A stretch of 64,000 bases of DNA. It comes from Eledone cirrhosa. Taxonomy: Eukaryota. Location: assembly GCA_964016885.1 (NCBI GenBank), contig OZ024747.1, positions 11,966,001 through 12,030,000 of the forward strand. The letters run 5' to 3'. The position numbers and the translations under genes were made by a program. Below, piece by piece: positions 37,222 through 50,971 of the stretch. Below the pieces are notes generated by a model that saw nothing but the letters and a program-made list of their open reading frames with translations, made no database searches and was not told the origin of the DNA. Numbering within the stretch: the first letter of the stretch is position 1; each line of letters starts with the position of its first letter.

Positions 37222-37750
37222 ACACTGTGGCTGAGTATTCCAAACTGTGGCTGAGTATTCCAAACTGTGGCTGAGTATTCCACACTGTGGCTGAGTATTC
37301 CACACTGTAGGTGGCCGCGCATTCTACACTGTGGCTGAGTATTCTACACTGTGGCTGAGTATTCTACACTGTGGCTGAGTATTCTACACTGTGGCTGAGT
37401 ATTCTACACTGTGGCTGAGTATTCCACACTGGCTGAGTATTCCATACTTTAGGTGGCCGCGCATTCCACACTTTGGCTGAGTATTCCACATTGTGGCTGA
37501 GTATTCCACATTGTGGCTGAGTATTCCACATTGTGGCTGAGTATTCCACACTGTGGCTGAGTATTCCACACTGTGGCTGAGTATTCCACACTGTGGCTGA
37601 GTATTCCACACTGTGGCTGAGTATTCCACACTGTGGCTGAGTATTCCACACTGTGGCTGAGTATTCCACACTGTGGCTGAGTATTCCACACTGTGGCTGA
37701 GTATTCCACACTGTGGCTGAGTATTCCACACTGTGGCTGAGTATTCCACA
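37222..37750 (+). repeat. 20-bp minisatellite with internal dyad
   Basis: CTGTGGCTGAGTATTCCACA (TGTGG...CCACA), no spacers. Confidence 0.97.
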
Positions 37751-38074
37751 GCTATGTATACCATTAGAAAGATCATGGCACCATATGTGACAAGGATGAC
37801 CCTTTGAATTACAGACATACAAACCATCATATAAAGTGGCTGAATATTCCTGAAACATGTATGTTATTAGCATAATTCTCAGGGAGATTCAACATGACAT
37901 TGTGTGACAAGGCTGGACTTGATTTGCAGATATACTCTCTCATATTATAGTGTCACTGGCTGAGTATTCCACAGCAGACATGTATACCTTTTATGTAGTT
38001 CTCAGGGAGATTCAGTGTGGTACTATACAGGACAGTTGTCTTGGTTATAGACACAGTACAGTGGTACCTACTTA

Positions 38075-38560
38075 CAGCTAGGTGGCTTGAACTGTTGACA
38101 GTGTTTTTGTCATACAGTGGTACCTACTTACAGCTAGGTGGACTGAGCTGTTGACAGTGTCTTGGTCATACAGTGGTATCTACTTGCAGCTAGGTGAACT
38201 GGGCTGTTGTCAGTGTTTTTGTCATACAGTGGTATCTACTTACAGCTAGGTGGACTGAGCTGTTGACAGTGTTTTTGTCATACAGTGGTATCTACTTACA
38301 GCTAGGTGGACTGAGCTGTTGACAGTGTCTTGGTCATACAGTGGTATCTACTTACAGCTAGGTGGACTGAGCTGTTGACAGTGTTTTTGTCATACAGTGG
38401 TATCTACTTACAGCTAGGTGGACTGAGCTGTTGACAGTGTCTTGGTCATACAGTGGTACCTACTTACAGCTAGGTGGACTGAGCTGTTGACAGTGTCTTG
38501 GTCATACAGTGGTATCTACTTGCAGCTAGGTGGACTGGGCTGTTGTCAGTGTCTTGGTCA
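38075..38560 (+). repeat. 56-bp minisatellite
   Basis: CATACAGTGGTATCTACTTACAGCTAGGTGGACTGAGCTGTTGACAGTGT(C/T)TT(G/T)GT at 38111, 38167, 38223 and onward. Confidence 0.95.
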
Positions 38561-39065
38561 TGGACACAGTACAGTGGACTCTACCACACCATGGTACCTA
38601 TTTACAGCCAGGTACACTGTATTAAGGTCTTATGAACACAGTACAGAGAACTCTACCTCATTGCAGTACCTATCCTAAACTAAATACAGCAAAGTATTTA
38701 GGTCAACCTTCAGCCCTCCATCTGTGCCACCCTCACAAATGAGTTAAATTCCACAAAGATCAACCAGAATATATATATATAGTAAAACAACCCAGATTTG
38801 ATGCTCTTCCCTCTTTTCGCTGCCAAAAACTTTCCAAGAATGTTTTCTATGTAGAAACTTTCTTGGAAATAGCTTGAGGTGTTTTATATAAATGTGTGTA
38901 TCCATTTATTTCTTAATACAACCCCATCACCCCTCCCCCTTCATCTGACATAGCAATGTGGCTGCCCCCCCCCCCCCCCCCTCACACACACACACACATA
39001 TATTTACTGATCATGGTTTGTCTTTCACAAGCCACTACAAAGCTGCAACAATTCCTACTCGGCAT

Positions 39066-39500
39066 TAACCCTTTCATTACCATATCGTATTTCTAAGATG
39101 GTGGATTGGCCTGAGTTCAAATCCCGCCGAGGTTAACTTTACCTTTCATCCTGACGGGGTCGATAAAATAAAGTACCAGTAATACACTGAGATAATTGCT
39201 GGCCTTGTGCCAAAAGTAGAAACAATTATCGTATTTCTAATGAAAAACATTCTTGGATTTTCAAATACTTTTTAAATAATCAAAACTTTGAAGGGATTTA
39301 GTAATATAACTTTCTCATTATTAAGCTTGTGTTTGGGATATAACTTTACAAAGGTTCTTACATAAAATCATGATGAAATGATTTTAGGTAAATAAAAATA
39401 CTTTAACACTTGTATTACCATATTTCTAATGAAAGGCACTGTCCAGGATTTTCAAACACTTTTTAAATAAAGAATTTGAAAGAATTTAGTAAAATAACTA
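39066..39500 (+). mobile_element. TTAA-MITE remnants with a nested, internally deleted SINE (39097-39226, 14-bp TSD)
   Basis: TTAACCCTTTCATTACCATAT terminus; TSD TATCGTATTTCTAA at 39083-39096 and 39227-39240; a second terminus copy near 39403. Confidence 0.75.
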
Positions 39501-39611
39501 TTCTCTTTTTCCTGTGATTCCACGTAGGGTGCCGTATAAACATACAGCATTTCTAGGGCATTTTAAAACCTGACAGAGCCCATCTCCTCTCCAGGTCTGA
39601 ATACAGCAGAT

Positions 39612-39775
39612 CTATCTACCTACCTCAAGTATTAGCTATATTGATATATCACTATATCTACCTACCTCAAGTATTAGCTATATTGATATATCACTATATC
39701 TACCTACCTCAAGTATTAGCTATATTGATATATCACTATATCTACCTACCTCAAGTATTAGCTATATTGATATAC
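39612..39775 (+). repeat. 42-bp tandem repeat (about 4 copies)
   Basis: TCTACCTACCTCAAGTATTAGCTATATTGATATATCACTATA. Confidence 0.95.
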
Positions 39776-39893
39776 CAGTGTTATATCATATGTACCAAGT
39801 ATATTTATATATCACTATATCTATTTATCTACCTCATATATCTATATATACCACTGTGATATCTACTTACCTACCCACCTCATATCTATATAT

Positions 39894-40155
39894 CTATCTA
39901 TCTAAGGCGGGTAAAATTCCCGAGATCCATGGACGAGTTCTCTCCAGCGGTCTCTGTCCCTCATTATCGCTGCCATGTCCTGCATCACCAATAGACCAGT
40001 CTGTCCTTAGGGCATCAACATACGTTAACCTTGGTCTTCCTCTTCTAGTGTGTCCATGTAGGGGCTCCCAAAGGAGCACTGAGTGCAATGTCAACTCTGG
40101 ATGTCGGTGAGTATGTCCAGCTAACCTCAGTCTCCTCTGTGTCACTTTTGAGCTG
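39894..40155 (-). mobile_element. RTE-like LINE 3' end
   Basis: QRRLRLAGHTHRHPELTLHSVLLWEPLHGHTRRGRPRLTYVDALRTD carries the RRLRxxGH and RGRP motifs of RTE C-termini; ends in a (TAGA)n-like tract. Confidence 0.8.
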
Positions 40156-40385
40156 GGTATGACATTAAACTACATCCAGTGGCAAGGCTTCAGTTCGGGA
40201 GTTCAGGAGTTGTGGGGAATGTGGAGTTACCCCTTAGTTGTCATGACTCCCAGGTCTGCCCTGGTCCGGGGTGGTAGTACCTGTTAGGGCTCCATTTATG
40301 GGTTAAATAACTACCTTATTCGAGTGGCGCCGGTAAGGTATTGTCAGCCATTGAAAAGAAATATGGAGAGTCGATCTAAAAGATA

Positions 40386-40421
<36 letters not shown>

Positions 40422-40461
40422 ACTGTGATATCTACCTGTATCACATATATATATGTATATA

Positions 40462-40513
<52 letters not shown>

Positions 40514-40978
40514 CCAGTTTGTTATCTACCTACCTGGTACCTCATTAATATATCAGTGTGATGTTTACATATACCAAGTGTTATTTATATCAATCCTTTT
40601 AATATATTTCTAATGGATGACATTATATCTGTGGTGGTGGTGGTGGTGGTGTTGGTATGTATTTTTACTGGGGGGGGGGGGGGGAGTATGCCTATACATG
40701 GATCACGCACACACACATCTCTTATATATATATATGGTTGTGCTGGTGACATGAGAAATAGCACCCAGTCAGTCCACCCTGTAAAGTGGTTGGCATTAGG
40801 AAGGATATCAAGCTGTAGAAAGTGCAGCCAAGACTAAATTCTATAAAGAAGACAGTCACCTGAGCTTTCTGGCCCCTATGTGACATGTCTAACCCATGCA
40901 AGCCTAGAAAATAGAGGTATGATGATGATGATGATGATCATACATCCTCTGTGAAGAACTTTAGGTAACAGTACACAT

Positions 40979-41018
<40 letters not shown>

Positions 41019-41144
41019 TGTATTATACACACACATGTATTATATACACACATGTATTATATACACACATTCTACACCGAATCTGATATTTCAGTACATA
41101 ATTACATGTGTGCCAACTACTCTTTTGGAAATTTGCCATTCTGT

Positions 41145-41737
41145 ACATGTGTGTATATGTGTGTGGCTGTGTGGCTGTGTGGCTGTGTGTATGTGTGTGG
41201 CTGTGTGTATGTGTGTGGCTGTGTGTATATGTGTGTGGCTGTGTGGCTGTGTGGCTGTGTGTGGCTGTGTATGTGTGTGGCTGTGTATGTGTGTGGCTGT
41301 GTATGTGTGTGGCTGTGTATGTGTGTGGCTGTGTATGTGTGTGGCTGTGTGTATGTGTGTGGCTGTGTGTATGTGTGTGGCTGTGTGTATGTGTGTGGCT
41401 GTGTGTATGTGTGTGGCTGTGTGTATGTGTGTGGCTGTGTATATGTGTGTGGCTGTGTGCATGTGTGTGGCTGTGTGTATATGTGTGTGGCTGTGTATAT
41501 GTGTGTGGCTGTGTATATGTGTGTGGCTGTGTATATATATGTGGCTGTGTATATATATGTGGCTGTGTATATATATGTGGCTGTGTATATATGTGTGTGG
41601 CTGTGTATATGTGTATATATGTGTATATGTGTGGCTGTGTGTATATGTGTGTATGTGTGGCTGTGTGTATATGTGTGTATGTGTGGCTGTGTGTGTATGT
41701 GTGTATGTGTGTGTATGTGTGTGTGGCTGTGTGTATA
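41145..41737 (+). repeat. (GT)n-derived GTGGCT minisatellite
   Basis: GTGTGTGGCTGTGTGTAT variants. Confidence 0.95.
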
Positions 41738-43191
41738 TCACCACCATACTGGCATGAGTTGAATAAGTCTTCTCAATCTAAGTCTTATCCTGTTTCTCTT
41801 TCCCAAGACACACACACACATACACTGGAGTGTGTGTGTGTGTGGGGGGGGGGGTAGAGCGTGTGTGCGTGACATACTATATACTAGCTTAACTGGATCT
41901 GTAGGTATCTGATATTCTATATTAGTTTTGGCAGGATGTGTGTGTGTATGTGATAAATACTATACATGTGTGTATGTGTGTGTGTGTGTGTGATAAACAC
42001 TATACATGTGTGTGTGTATGGATATATATGTGTATGTATGTTTATGGGCAAATAGCCATAAAAATCTTGCTAAACATCAGATTGAGAGGAATCTTCAGAT
42101 TTTCCAACGACATCACAGCCCCTGTAGTCTTGTTGCCACAATAAAATGGACCCAATGCACTTAGTATAGTAGCTGGCATTAGGAAGGGCATCCAGCCATA
42201 GAAAACTCAATAAACAGAGGTTTCTTCTGTTATATCAAAGACATACCCCCCTCCCTAGTGCTGGCGCCATGTTTGTAAAAGTGCTGGAACGTATGTGACC
42301 CAGTGGTTAATGCAATGGGTTTAGAATCATAAGGTCATGGATTCCATTCTAGAACTGAGAGGTGTTTCTTGAACAAAACACAATATCTCACATTGCTTTT
42401 CGTGATAGGACTGGGACCTCTATCATGAAAACCCCCTAAGAAACTTCTTATGAGGTTAGCTAAACCTACATAGGTGTGAGCTGTAACAAGATGATAGGAT
42501 TGGGTCTCTATCATGAAAACACTCAAGTAAACCTCCAATGAGATACAACCTTGTATGAGGTCAGCTAAGCCTAGATAGGTATCAGCTGTAAATTTCAAAC
42601 TTCCTTTGATTTGTTTTCTATTGTGATGGTTAGCATTGATTTTAATATCTGTAAGGATCAGTGTGTTGTGGTGGTCATTTATGGACAGGACTGGATCAAT
42701 ACTGCTCTGTAAAAAAAAAAAAAAGAAATGGAGGTTAGAAAAGAAAAAATATATAAATACAAATTATATATCATCATCATCATCCTCGTTTAACGTCCAT
42801 CTTCCACACTAGCATGGCTTAGACGGGAGTTGTCCCACTTGAGACAAGGCTGGTTGGGTGACAGTGTCTTGCTCATATAGGACTATCTGGCAGGTTTCGT
42901 ATGGCTGGATGCCCTTCCGAACACCAACCACATATCAATTTTTTTTTATACTGGCATGGCTTGGACAGGTCTTTTCAAGAGTGTTTTACAGCCAGATGTC
43001 TTTCTTGACACCAACCCTTTTAGACACTTAAGATATGCAGGGATACAGTATATTATTTTAAACCAGATACACACAACATATATATTGGTAGTCTACCTAT
43101 TTCTGATATATATACTTGGCCAAAACAATTTAAGTATTGAAGATACAGAGTTGAATATATTATAAGTTCTTTACATGCATGGATAGAAAAC

Positions 43192-43505
43192 CTTGAACAC
43201 ATCAGTATTGTCCTGGAGTTACTGGGTGTTGAACACTTCACTGTTCTGTCCTGGAGTTACTGGGTGTTGAACACATCATCAGTGTTGTCCTGGAGTTACT
43301 GGGTGTTGAACACTTCACTGTTCTGTCCTGGAGTTACTGGGTGTTGAACACTTCAGTGTTGTGTCCTGGACCCACTGGGTGTTCAACACATCATCAGTGT
43401 TGTGTCTTGAAGTCACTGGGTGTTGAACACATCATCAGCATTGGGTTCTGGAGTTACTGGGTGTTGAACACATCATCAGTGATGTCTTGGACTCACTGGG
43501 TGTTT
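43192..43505 (+). repeat. Degenerate minisatellite of about 38-40 bp
   Basis: GTCCTGGAGTTACTGGGTGTTGAACAC(A/T)TCA. Confidence 0.9.
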
Positions 43506-43737
43506 AGGAGTCTTACAACATACACCCTCATCCAGGTGTCTCAAGGTTGTTCAAGCCTCAGTCTGTCCAAGTGACATACCAGTCACCCAATCCCACTGGT
43601 CACTTCTCTTCACCCTCAGCCATCTAGATGTCCACTGCTGCTTATTCCATGTTGTTTTTTTATGGCTCTCCTCCATAATCCTCAGGTAACCCAACCAAAG
43701 CTGATCAAACCTCATCCTGTGTCCAAATAACATACAA

Positions 43738-44043
43738 CTGAAGGTTGTGAGTTCAATTCTCAGACCGGGTGATGTGTTGTTTCCTTGAGCAAGACTCTTT
43801 ATTTCACATTGCTCCAGTTTACTCAGCTGTAGAAATGAGATGATAGGGACTGGGGTCCATATCACTCCACTGCAAAGTGGTCGTGGAGGTGCCACGGAAA
43901 AAAAAAGCACCCAGCACTCACTGTAAATGAGGTTGGTGTTAGGAAGGGTATCCAGCTGTAGAAATCAAGCCAGAATCAGTTCCCGTCCCACCCTTGCAAG
44001 CAGGGAAAAGGGGATGTAAAATGAAATGATGATGAAATGATGA
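43738..44043 (+). mobile_element. Second SINE family with RTE-like 3' tail
   Basis: B-box GAGTTCAATTCT; central CCTTGAGCAAGAC..TTTCACATTGCTCCAGTTTACTCAGCTG domain; 3' GGAAGGG.ATCCAGCTGTAGAAA...(ATG)n tail. Near-identical to 63718-64000 (minus). Confidence 0.85.
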
Positions 44044-44419
44044 CCCCACTGATCACTTGTCTGCAGCCACAACCACCCACATAGTCCCTCCTTCTCTCTG
44101 CTGTTGCTTTCATCTTGTTTTTCAATGAAATAACAGGAATGACTCATTCTTGTTCTCATATTCTTTCATTGTTCATCATAACACACACAACACACGCACG
44201 TATGTGTGTGTGTATACAGACATACACACGCATATGTGTGTGTATGCATGTACACAGACATACACGTTTGTGTGTATGTGTGTATATACATACACTTATG
44301 TAAAACTGGTAATTAGATGTACACTCCACCCTGAATACTTCAGAGTAAATGGTATAGAATAGTGTATAGAGGTGGGGGTAGTTATTAAGAGCAGAATAAT
44401 AGCTTACATGTGTGTGCGT

Positions 44420-44503
44420 GTGTATATACACACATACAAGCATGCATACATGAGTATATATATATATATATATACACACATACATACAAGCATGCATACA
44501 TGA

Positions 44504-44546
<43 letters not shown>

Positions 44547-44652
44547 TGCATACATGAGTATATATATATATATACACACACATACATACAAGCATGCATA
44601 CATGAGTATATATATATATATACACACACACATACAAGCATGCATACATGAG

Positions 44653-44683
<31 letters not shown>

Positions 44684-44704
44684 ATACAAGCATGCATACA
44701 TGAT

Positions 44705-44738
<34 letters not shown>

Positions 44739-44870
44739 CATATATATATATACACATACATACAAGCATGCATACATGATTATATATATATATATATATA
44801 TATACACATACATACAAGCATGCATACATGAGTATATATATATATATACATACAAGCATGCATACATGAG

Positions 44871-44901
<31 letters not shown>

Positions 44902-45630
44902 ATACAAGCATGCATACATGAGTATATATATATATATATACACACACATACATACAAGCATGCATACATGAGTATATATATATATATACACACATACATA
45001 CAAGCATGCATACAAATATATACACATACATTCATGCATGCATACATGAGTATATATATATATATACACACACATACATACATACATGCATGCATACATG
45101 TGTACATATATATGTATATACACGCGCGTACACACACACATTCACACACACACATTCACACACACACACACACACACGAGTGCCTACACATGTGTGTATA
45201 TATATTTGTCTCACCTTTCAATTGATAATGGTTGTGCGTTTGTCTACATACATACACCCGTGCATGTGTGTGTACATGTATGTCTACTCATGTAGATATG
45301 TGTATATCTGTATGTGTATACATGTATGTGTATACATGTATGTGTATACATGTATGTGTATACATGTATGTGTATATCTGTATGTGTATATCTGTATGTG
45401 TATACATGTATGTGTATACATGTATGTGTATACATGTATGTGTATATCTGTATGTGTATATCTGTATGTGTATATCTGTATGTGTATATCTGTATGTGTA
45501 TATCTGTATGTGTATATCTGTATGTGTATATCTGTATGTGTATACATGTATGTGTATATCTGTATGTGTATACATGTATGTGTATACATGTATGTGTATA
45601 TATGTATGTGTATATATGTGTATATCTGTA
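44420..45630 (+). repeat. (TA/CA)n-derived compound minisatellites
   Basis: CATACAAGCATGCATACATGAG(TA)n units followed by 14-bp TGTATGTGTATA(CA/TC) units. Confidence 0.95.
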
Positions 45631-46014
45631 CAATATGTCCTCTCTGTCATATTCACATTTGTTCTCTTTCAAGGTCAGAACAAAGAAATACTTGTTATTG
45701 TAGTAGTTGTGGTAGTAGTTGTTGTAGTAATAGTTGTAGTAGTAGCTGTTGTTGTAGTTGTAGTTGTTGTAGTAGTAGTAGTTTCAGTAGTAGTAGTAGT
45801 AGTAGTTGCTGTAGTAATAGTTATTGTATTTCTCCATTTGTTTGTCCCCCCCCCCGACTGTGTACACCCCACCCCACACCTATTGGTCTTTCTACTCTTA
45901 CCCCCCTCCTCCCCTCAACACCAACACACACCACTTTATTCTGCTAAAGACAGCACACAGGTGAGAACAACTCAGCTGTTTGTCTCTCATCTTATTAACC
46001 TTCATAGTAACCAT

Positions 46015-46860
46015 TACCATCACTTTCCCCACCATCTTGATAGATACCATCACTTTCCCCACCATCTTGATAGATACCATCACTTTCCCCACCATCTTGA
46101 TAGATACCATCACTTTCCCCACCATCTTGATAGATACCATCACTTTCCCCACCATCTTGATAGATACCATCACTTTCACCGCCATCTTGATCGTTACCAT
46201 CACTTTCCCCACCATCTTGATAGATACCATCACTTTCCCCACCATCTTGATAGATACCATCACTTTCCCCACCATCTTGATAGATACCATCACTTTCCCC
46301 ACCATCTTGATAGATACCATCACTTTCCCCACCATCTTGATAGATACCATCACTTTCCCCACCATCTTGATAGATACCATCACTTTCCCCACCATCTTGA
46401 TAGATACCATCACTTTCCCCACCATCTTGATAGATACCATCACTTTCCCCACCATCTTGATAGATACCATCACTTTCCCCACCATCTTGATAGATACCAT
46501 CACTTTCCCCACCATCTTGATAGATACCATCACTTTCCCCACCATCTTGATAGATACCATCACTTTCCCCACCATCTTGATAGATACCATCACTTTCCCC
46601 ACCATCTTGATAGATATCATCACTTTCCCCACCGTCTACATCGTTACCATCACTTTCCCCACCGTCTACATCGTTACCATCACTTTCCCCACCGTCTACA
46701 TCGTTACCATCACTTTCCCCACCGTCTACATCGTTACCATCACTTTCCCCACCGTCTACATCGTTACCATCACTTTCACCACCGTCTACATCGTTACCAT
46801 CACTTTCACCACCGTCTACATCGTTACCATCACTTTCACCACCGTCTACATGATTACCAT
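46015..46860 (+). repeat. 30-bp minisatellite with two sub-arrays
   Basis: TACCATCACTTTCCCCACCATCTTGATAGA switches at about 46630 to TACCATCACTTTCCCCACCGTCTACATCGT. Confidence 0.97.
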
Positions 46861-47387
46861 CATATCAACTATCGTTTTAACCACCACCATTGCCACCATC
46901 ATCGCCACCACCATCACCACCACCATTGCCATCACTGCCATCACCACCACCATTACCACCACCACCACCATTACTACCATTACCATCATCACTACTGCTA
47001 CCACCACCACCACTGCCATCACCACCACTGCCATCACCACCGCCAACGCCATCGTCACCGCCAACACCATCGTCACCGCCAACACCACCACCGCCAACAC
47101 CACTGTCACCACCACCACCTGTCTTCCTTCCTCTTCTCTCTCTCAAACATCCTCTCTTCTGTTTTTATTTTTTGATGAAAGACTAGCATCCAAAACATTA
47201 AAACTCTTTTCCAACTCTATCAAGCATTAAACTAATATACCTACCATTGTTGTATTGTATTGTTCTCTAGTATTTTTTTTCTCTTGATTTTTCTTCTCTC
47301 TTTCTCCCTTTCTCTCTTTCTCTCTTTCTCTCTATACACGCACACACACACACACGCACACACACACACACTTACTTTTCTAACACT

Positions 47388-47525
47388 GGTTCAAGGCCAG
47401 CAATTCTGAGGAAAGAGAAGTTGATTATATCAACCCCAGGACTTAACTGGTACTATATTTTATTGAATCCAGAAGGATTAAAAGCCAAGTTAACCTCAGT
47501 GGGATTTGAACTCAGCATGTAGAAA
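47388..47525 (-). mobile_element. tRNA-derived SINE fragment
   Basis: CAAGGCCAGCAATT...ACTGGTACT...GGGATTTGAACTCAG. Confidence 0.8.
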
Positions 47526-47707
47526 GTTGTACCACAAAGTATTTTGTCAGATCTTCTCAATGTACCTTGAAGTATATTCTGTATTTCCTGTTCTCAAAGG
47601 CGCATCACCCCCAGGGACGTACCTCAGGGACGTACCTCAATTTTGACAACCAAAAATTTGAAAAACATAATAAATATAAAAATAAGGTTCTGGCACTTCA
47701 CTTCATT

Positions 47708-48203
47708 GAGAGGTCATATACAGGAGTATGTCCATCCCCTTCCTCCCAGAGGTCATATACAGGAGTATGTCCATCCCCTTCCTCCCAGAGGTCATATACA
47801 GGAGTATGTCCATCCCCTTCCTCCCAGAGGTCATATACAGGAGTATGTCCATCCCCTTCCTCCCAGAGGTCATATACAGGAGTATGTCCATCCCCTGCCT
47901 CCCAGAGGTCATATACAGGAGTATGTCCATCCCCTGCCTCCCAGAGGTCATATACAGGAGTATGTCCATCCCCTGCCTCCCAGAGGTCATATACAGGAGT
48001 ATGTCCATCCCCTGCCTCCCAGAGGTCATATACAGGAGTATGTCCATCCCCTGCCTCCCAGAGGTCATATACAGGAGTATGTCCATCCCCTGCCTCCCAG
48101 AGGTCATATACAGGAGTATGTCTATCCCACACATCCTAGAGGTCTTATACAGGAGTATGTCTATCCCACACATCCTAGAGGTCTTATACAGGAGTATGTC
48201 CAT
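47708..48203 (+). repeat. 39-bp minisatellite (about 12.5 copies)
   Basis: AGAGGTCATATACAGGAGTATGTCCATCCCCT(T/G)CCTCCC. Confidence 0.97.
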
Positions 48204-48949
48204 CTCTCTCCTCTCAGGACAGGTCGTTGGCCCTAATAAAATACTTTGTAGTTTAATAAATGAAGAATTTCAGATGTATTTAATAAAATTGTTTCATTGA
48301 GATTATATCTATAACATAAAATGTTATATATGTTGGAAGGTTTTTATTTAAGTGGGAGTCTTTTAAAATGTGTGGTTTTGTTTCACAGAAACAAGCAGCT
48401 TTGGGTATCTTGGTATGAAAATAGTTTGGGTTTGTATTTATCTAAAAACCTTCCATCATAATTTTATGTAAGAACTTTTGTTCTAAACACTGGCTCAATA
48501 ATGAGAAATTAAGTTATATTATTATATCCCTCCAATTAACTGCACTCATTCTGCTGTTAATTCCCCCCTCTCCTACCTTTAATCCTCATGTTTGACCTTT
48601 AAATACCTCCCTCACACACACCACCCTCAGTTCACAGTTGGATTTATATCATGCAAGTGAACCATGTCTAATATATCCATCCTTCTCCCCCCAACCAACA
48701 CACACACACGTACATACATGCATACATATACATAAATACATACACACATACACTCATAAACACACACACAAATACTTATACTCCCTCACACACACACACA
48801 AATAATTATACTCCCTCACACACACACAAATACTTATTCTCCCTCACACACACACACACACACACATACACATACACACAAATACCTTATAACAGTGATA
48901 AGGATTTCTTTGTTGTCCATAAAGGACATGTTCGTGTATTGTAGACATA

Positions 48950-49262
48950 GGGGTGACATTACATGTAGGGCTGGACAGAGGGGTTACATTACATGTGGGG
49001 CTGGACAGAGGGGTTACATTACATGTGGGGCTGGACAGAGGGGTTACATTACATGTGGGACTGGACAATATTATATATAATATAGTAAACATTATAAATA
49101 TAGGGGTTACATCACATGTGGGACTGGAAAGAGGGGTTGTATTACATGTGGGACTGGACAGACAATATTATATATAATGTAGTAAACATTATAAACATAG
49201 GGGTTACATCACATGTGGGACTGGACAGAGGGGTTGTATTACATGTGGGACTGGACAGACAG
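48950..49262 (+). repeat. 30-bp minisatellite with interrupted copies
   Basis: GGGTTACATTACATGTGGGGCTGGACAGAG. Confidence 0.9.
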
Positions 49263-50674
49263 CGTTATATAAAAAAACAAGAGTAGGGGTAAGGAGGACA
49301 AAACATGAAACGGGTACAACAGGTACAAACAATAATTAACACATGATATAAAACCATTTGTTAAGTCAGAAGACCCCAAAATTTTTGCTCCTCACCCACC
49401 ATATATACTTCTCAGGGATCACCAAAATCATCTCTAATTTTTTTGGTGGGTGTAATCAATAAAAGTACCCACATTTAGATGAAAGTATTTTATCTTTTCA
49501 TATACTATATATATGGTAAAAACTCTCAAGTGTGCAGGGCAACAGGTCTTCAGAGATGAAACCCCCTTCAAATATTGTATATATTTATGTAAAAGTTAAG
49601 GTTTTTTAGACTTTGTTTTTAATCATAGGGCCAACTATTATGTGGATACTACTTTTAAGCTACCCTTTTCTGATCTGTTAACCTGGTTTACATGCACTGA
49701 AATACTAACGCAGTAGTAACTAAACCACTCTTACAACACACGAGATGTGTTAACATATTTACAAGCAAGAGAAACTAGAAAAAATAAACATCAATCCAAA
49801 ATACCGTAACAATAAGTAGAAACCTTACTGAGCTCTTAATAAAACTAAAACAATGAATTACTGTAATAACAAGCAGGACTCCTGGAAATTCCACGGAACC
49901 AAAACTATTAAGAGGAGCTATTTAAGAAAGAAAGGATGATTTGCATTTTTATTACATATAAATCTTATTGTTGCCTGTACAAATGATACAAAAATATACA
50001 AAAATATACAATAACAATCTATACAATACTTAATATACATATCGTGTGTTAGTATTTAATACTATTGAGACTACAAGATCAATATCTGATTGTATATTCC
50101 TGAATAAGTATTATTTTATCATAAATACTTTACATTATATACAATTAATGATATACAGAATGTTTATATTTACAATTCCATTGCAACTCTTTAACTGGGA
50201 TCTGATTTATCTAAACATCAAAACCTGTAAATAAAGCAGTAAAGTCCTTATAAAAAAATATTTCCATGACGACATAATAATGTGGAAAATTTAATTTCTT
50301 CATAATATTTGTTTAAAGTATCTTGATTAAAATTTTTGATCTGTTGTCTCTGGAAAACTACGATCAACAATTACATGAAATACCTAGCAAAAATTAGGGG
50401 GGCAACTTTTACATGGGATTGAATTTTACATGAGGGTATACGATATGTCTTCTGATTATTAAAGCCCTGCAGATTATGTGGCCCTTCTTTTTAACCCTTT
50501 TGATACCAATCTGCCCTAACCTGTCTCTAGTTCCATGAAACAACACAACCTGTTTTAAAGGGGTCCTATTTAAATTTATTAAATCTTTCAACATAATTTG
50601 ACAAGAATATTTTTGTTAAAACATATTACAAATACCATCTTAATAATGAAATATTTTAATAAATCCCTCCAAAT

Positions 50675-50895
50675 TCTTCTTCTTCTTCGCCCACTTATTC
50701 CTGGAAGGGCCATGGGGGCAGAGTCCCCAAACACTCCTTCCAGCAGGTCATGTCAAAAGCAACTGTCTCCAACTGATCCAGCTGGATCCCCAAGCAAGAC
50801 CAGCCAAGCTCATGGATGTTATCCAACTATCTTGCTCGGGGTCTACTCCTGGGTCTCCTGCCGGTTGGTTTTTGCCCCTAAAATCTGTCCAGCAA
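50675..50895 (-). mobile_element. RTE (Expander/Rex3-like) 3' end with (GAA)n tail
   Basis: Reverse-complement homologue of 16030-16248; (TTC)n at 50675-50689; ends about 75 nt before the exon-2 acceptor. Confidence 0.8.
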
Positions 50896-50971
50896 TTTAA
50901 AGAAAACATTTTTTTTTTCATTAATTAAATTCTTTTAATTTTATTTATTTAATTTTTTGTTTGTTTTCTAG

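Noticed and set aside
37222-37750. CRISPR-like array of partially palindromic repeats
   Set aside because: The units are contiguous with no unique spacers, no cas genes are present and the context is eukaryotic; the same applies to all other arrays.
39505-39612. Pyrimidine tract plus AG suggesting a cassette exon
   Set aside because: The downstream sequence is the reverse complement of a dispersed repeat also seen at 13870-13940.
43551-43735. 119-aa minus ORF with FGHRMR motif
   Set aside because: It is a chimera of SINE sequence and a probable highly decayed RTE 3' end, not a gene.
45232-47230. 647-aa and 416-aa His-rich/Thr-rich ORFs
   Set aside because: They run through three unrelated simple-repeat arrays and are stop-free only because of composition.
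49510-49570. Minus-strand CTGAAGA next to a Penelope-like AT-rich block
   Set aside because: No GAAA or stem III could be found downstream.
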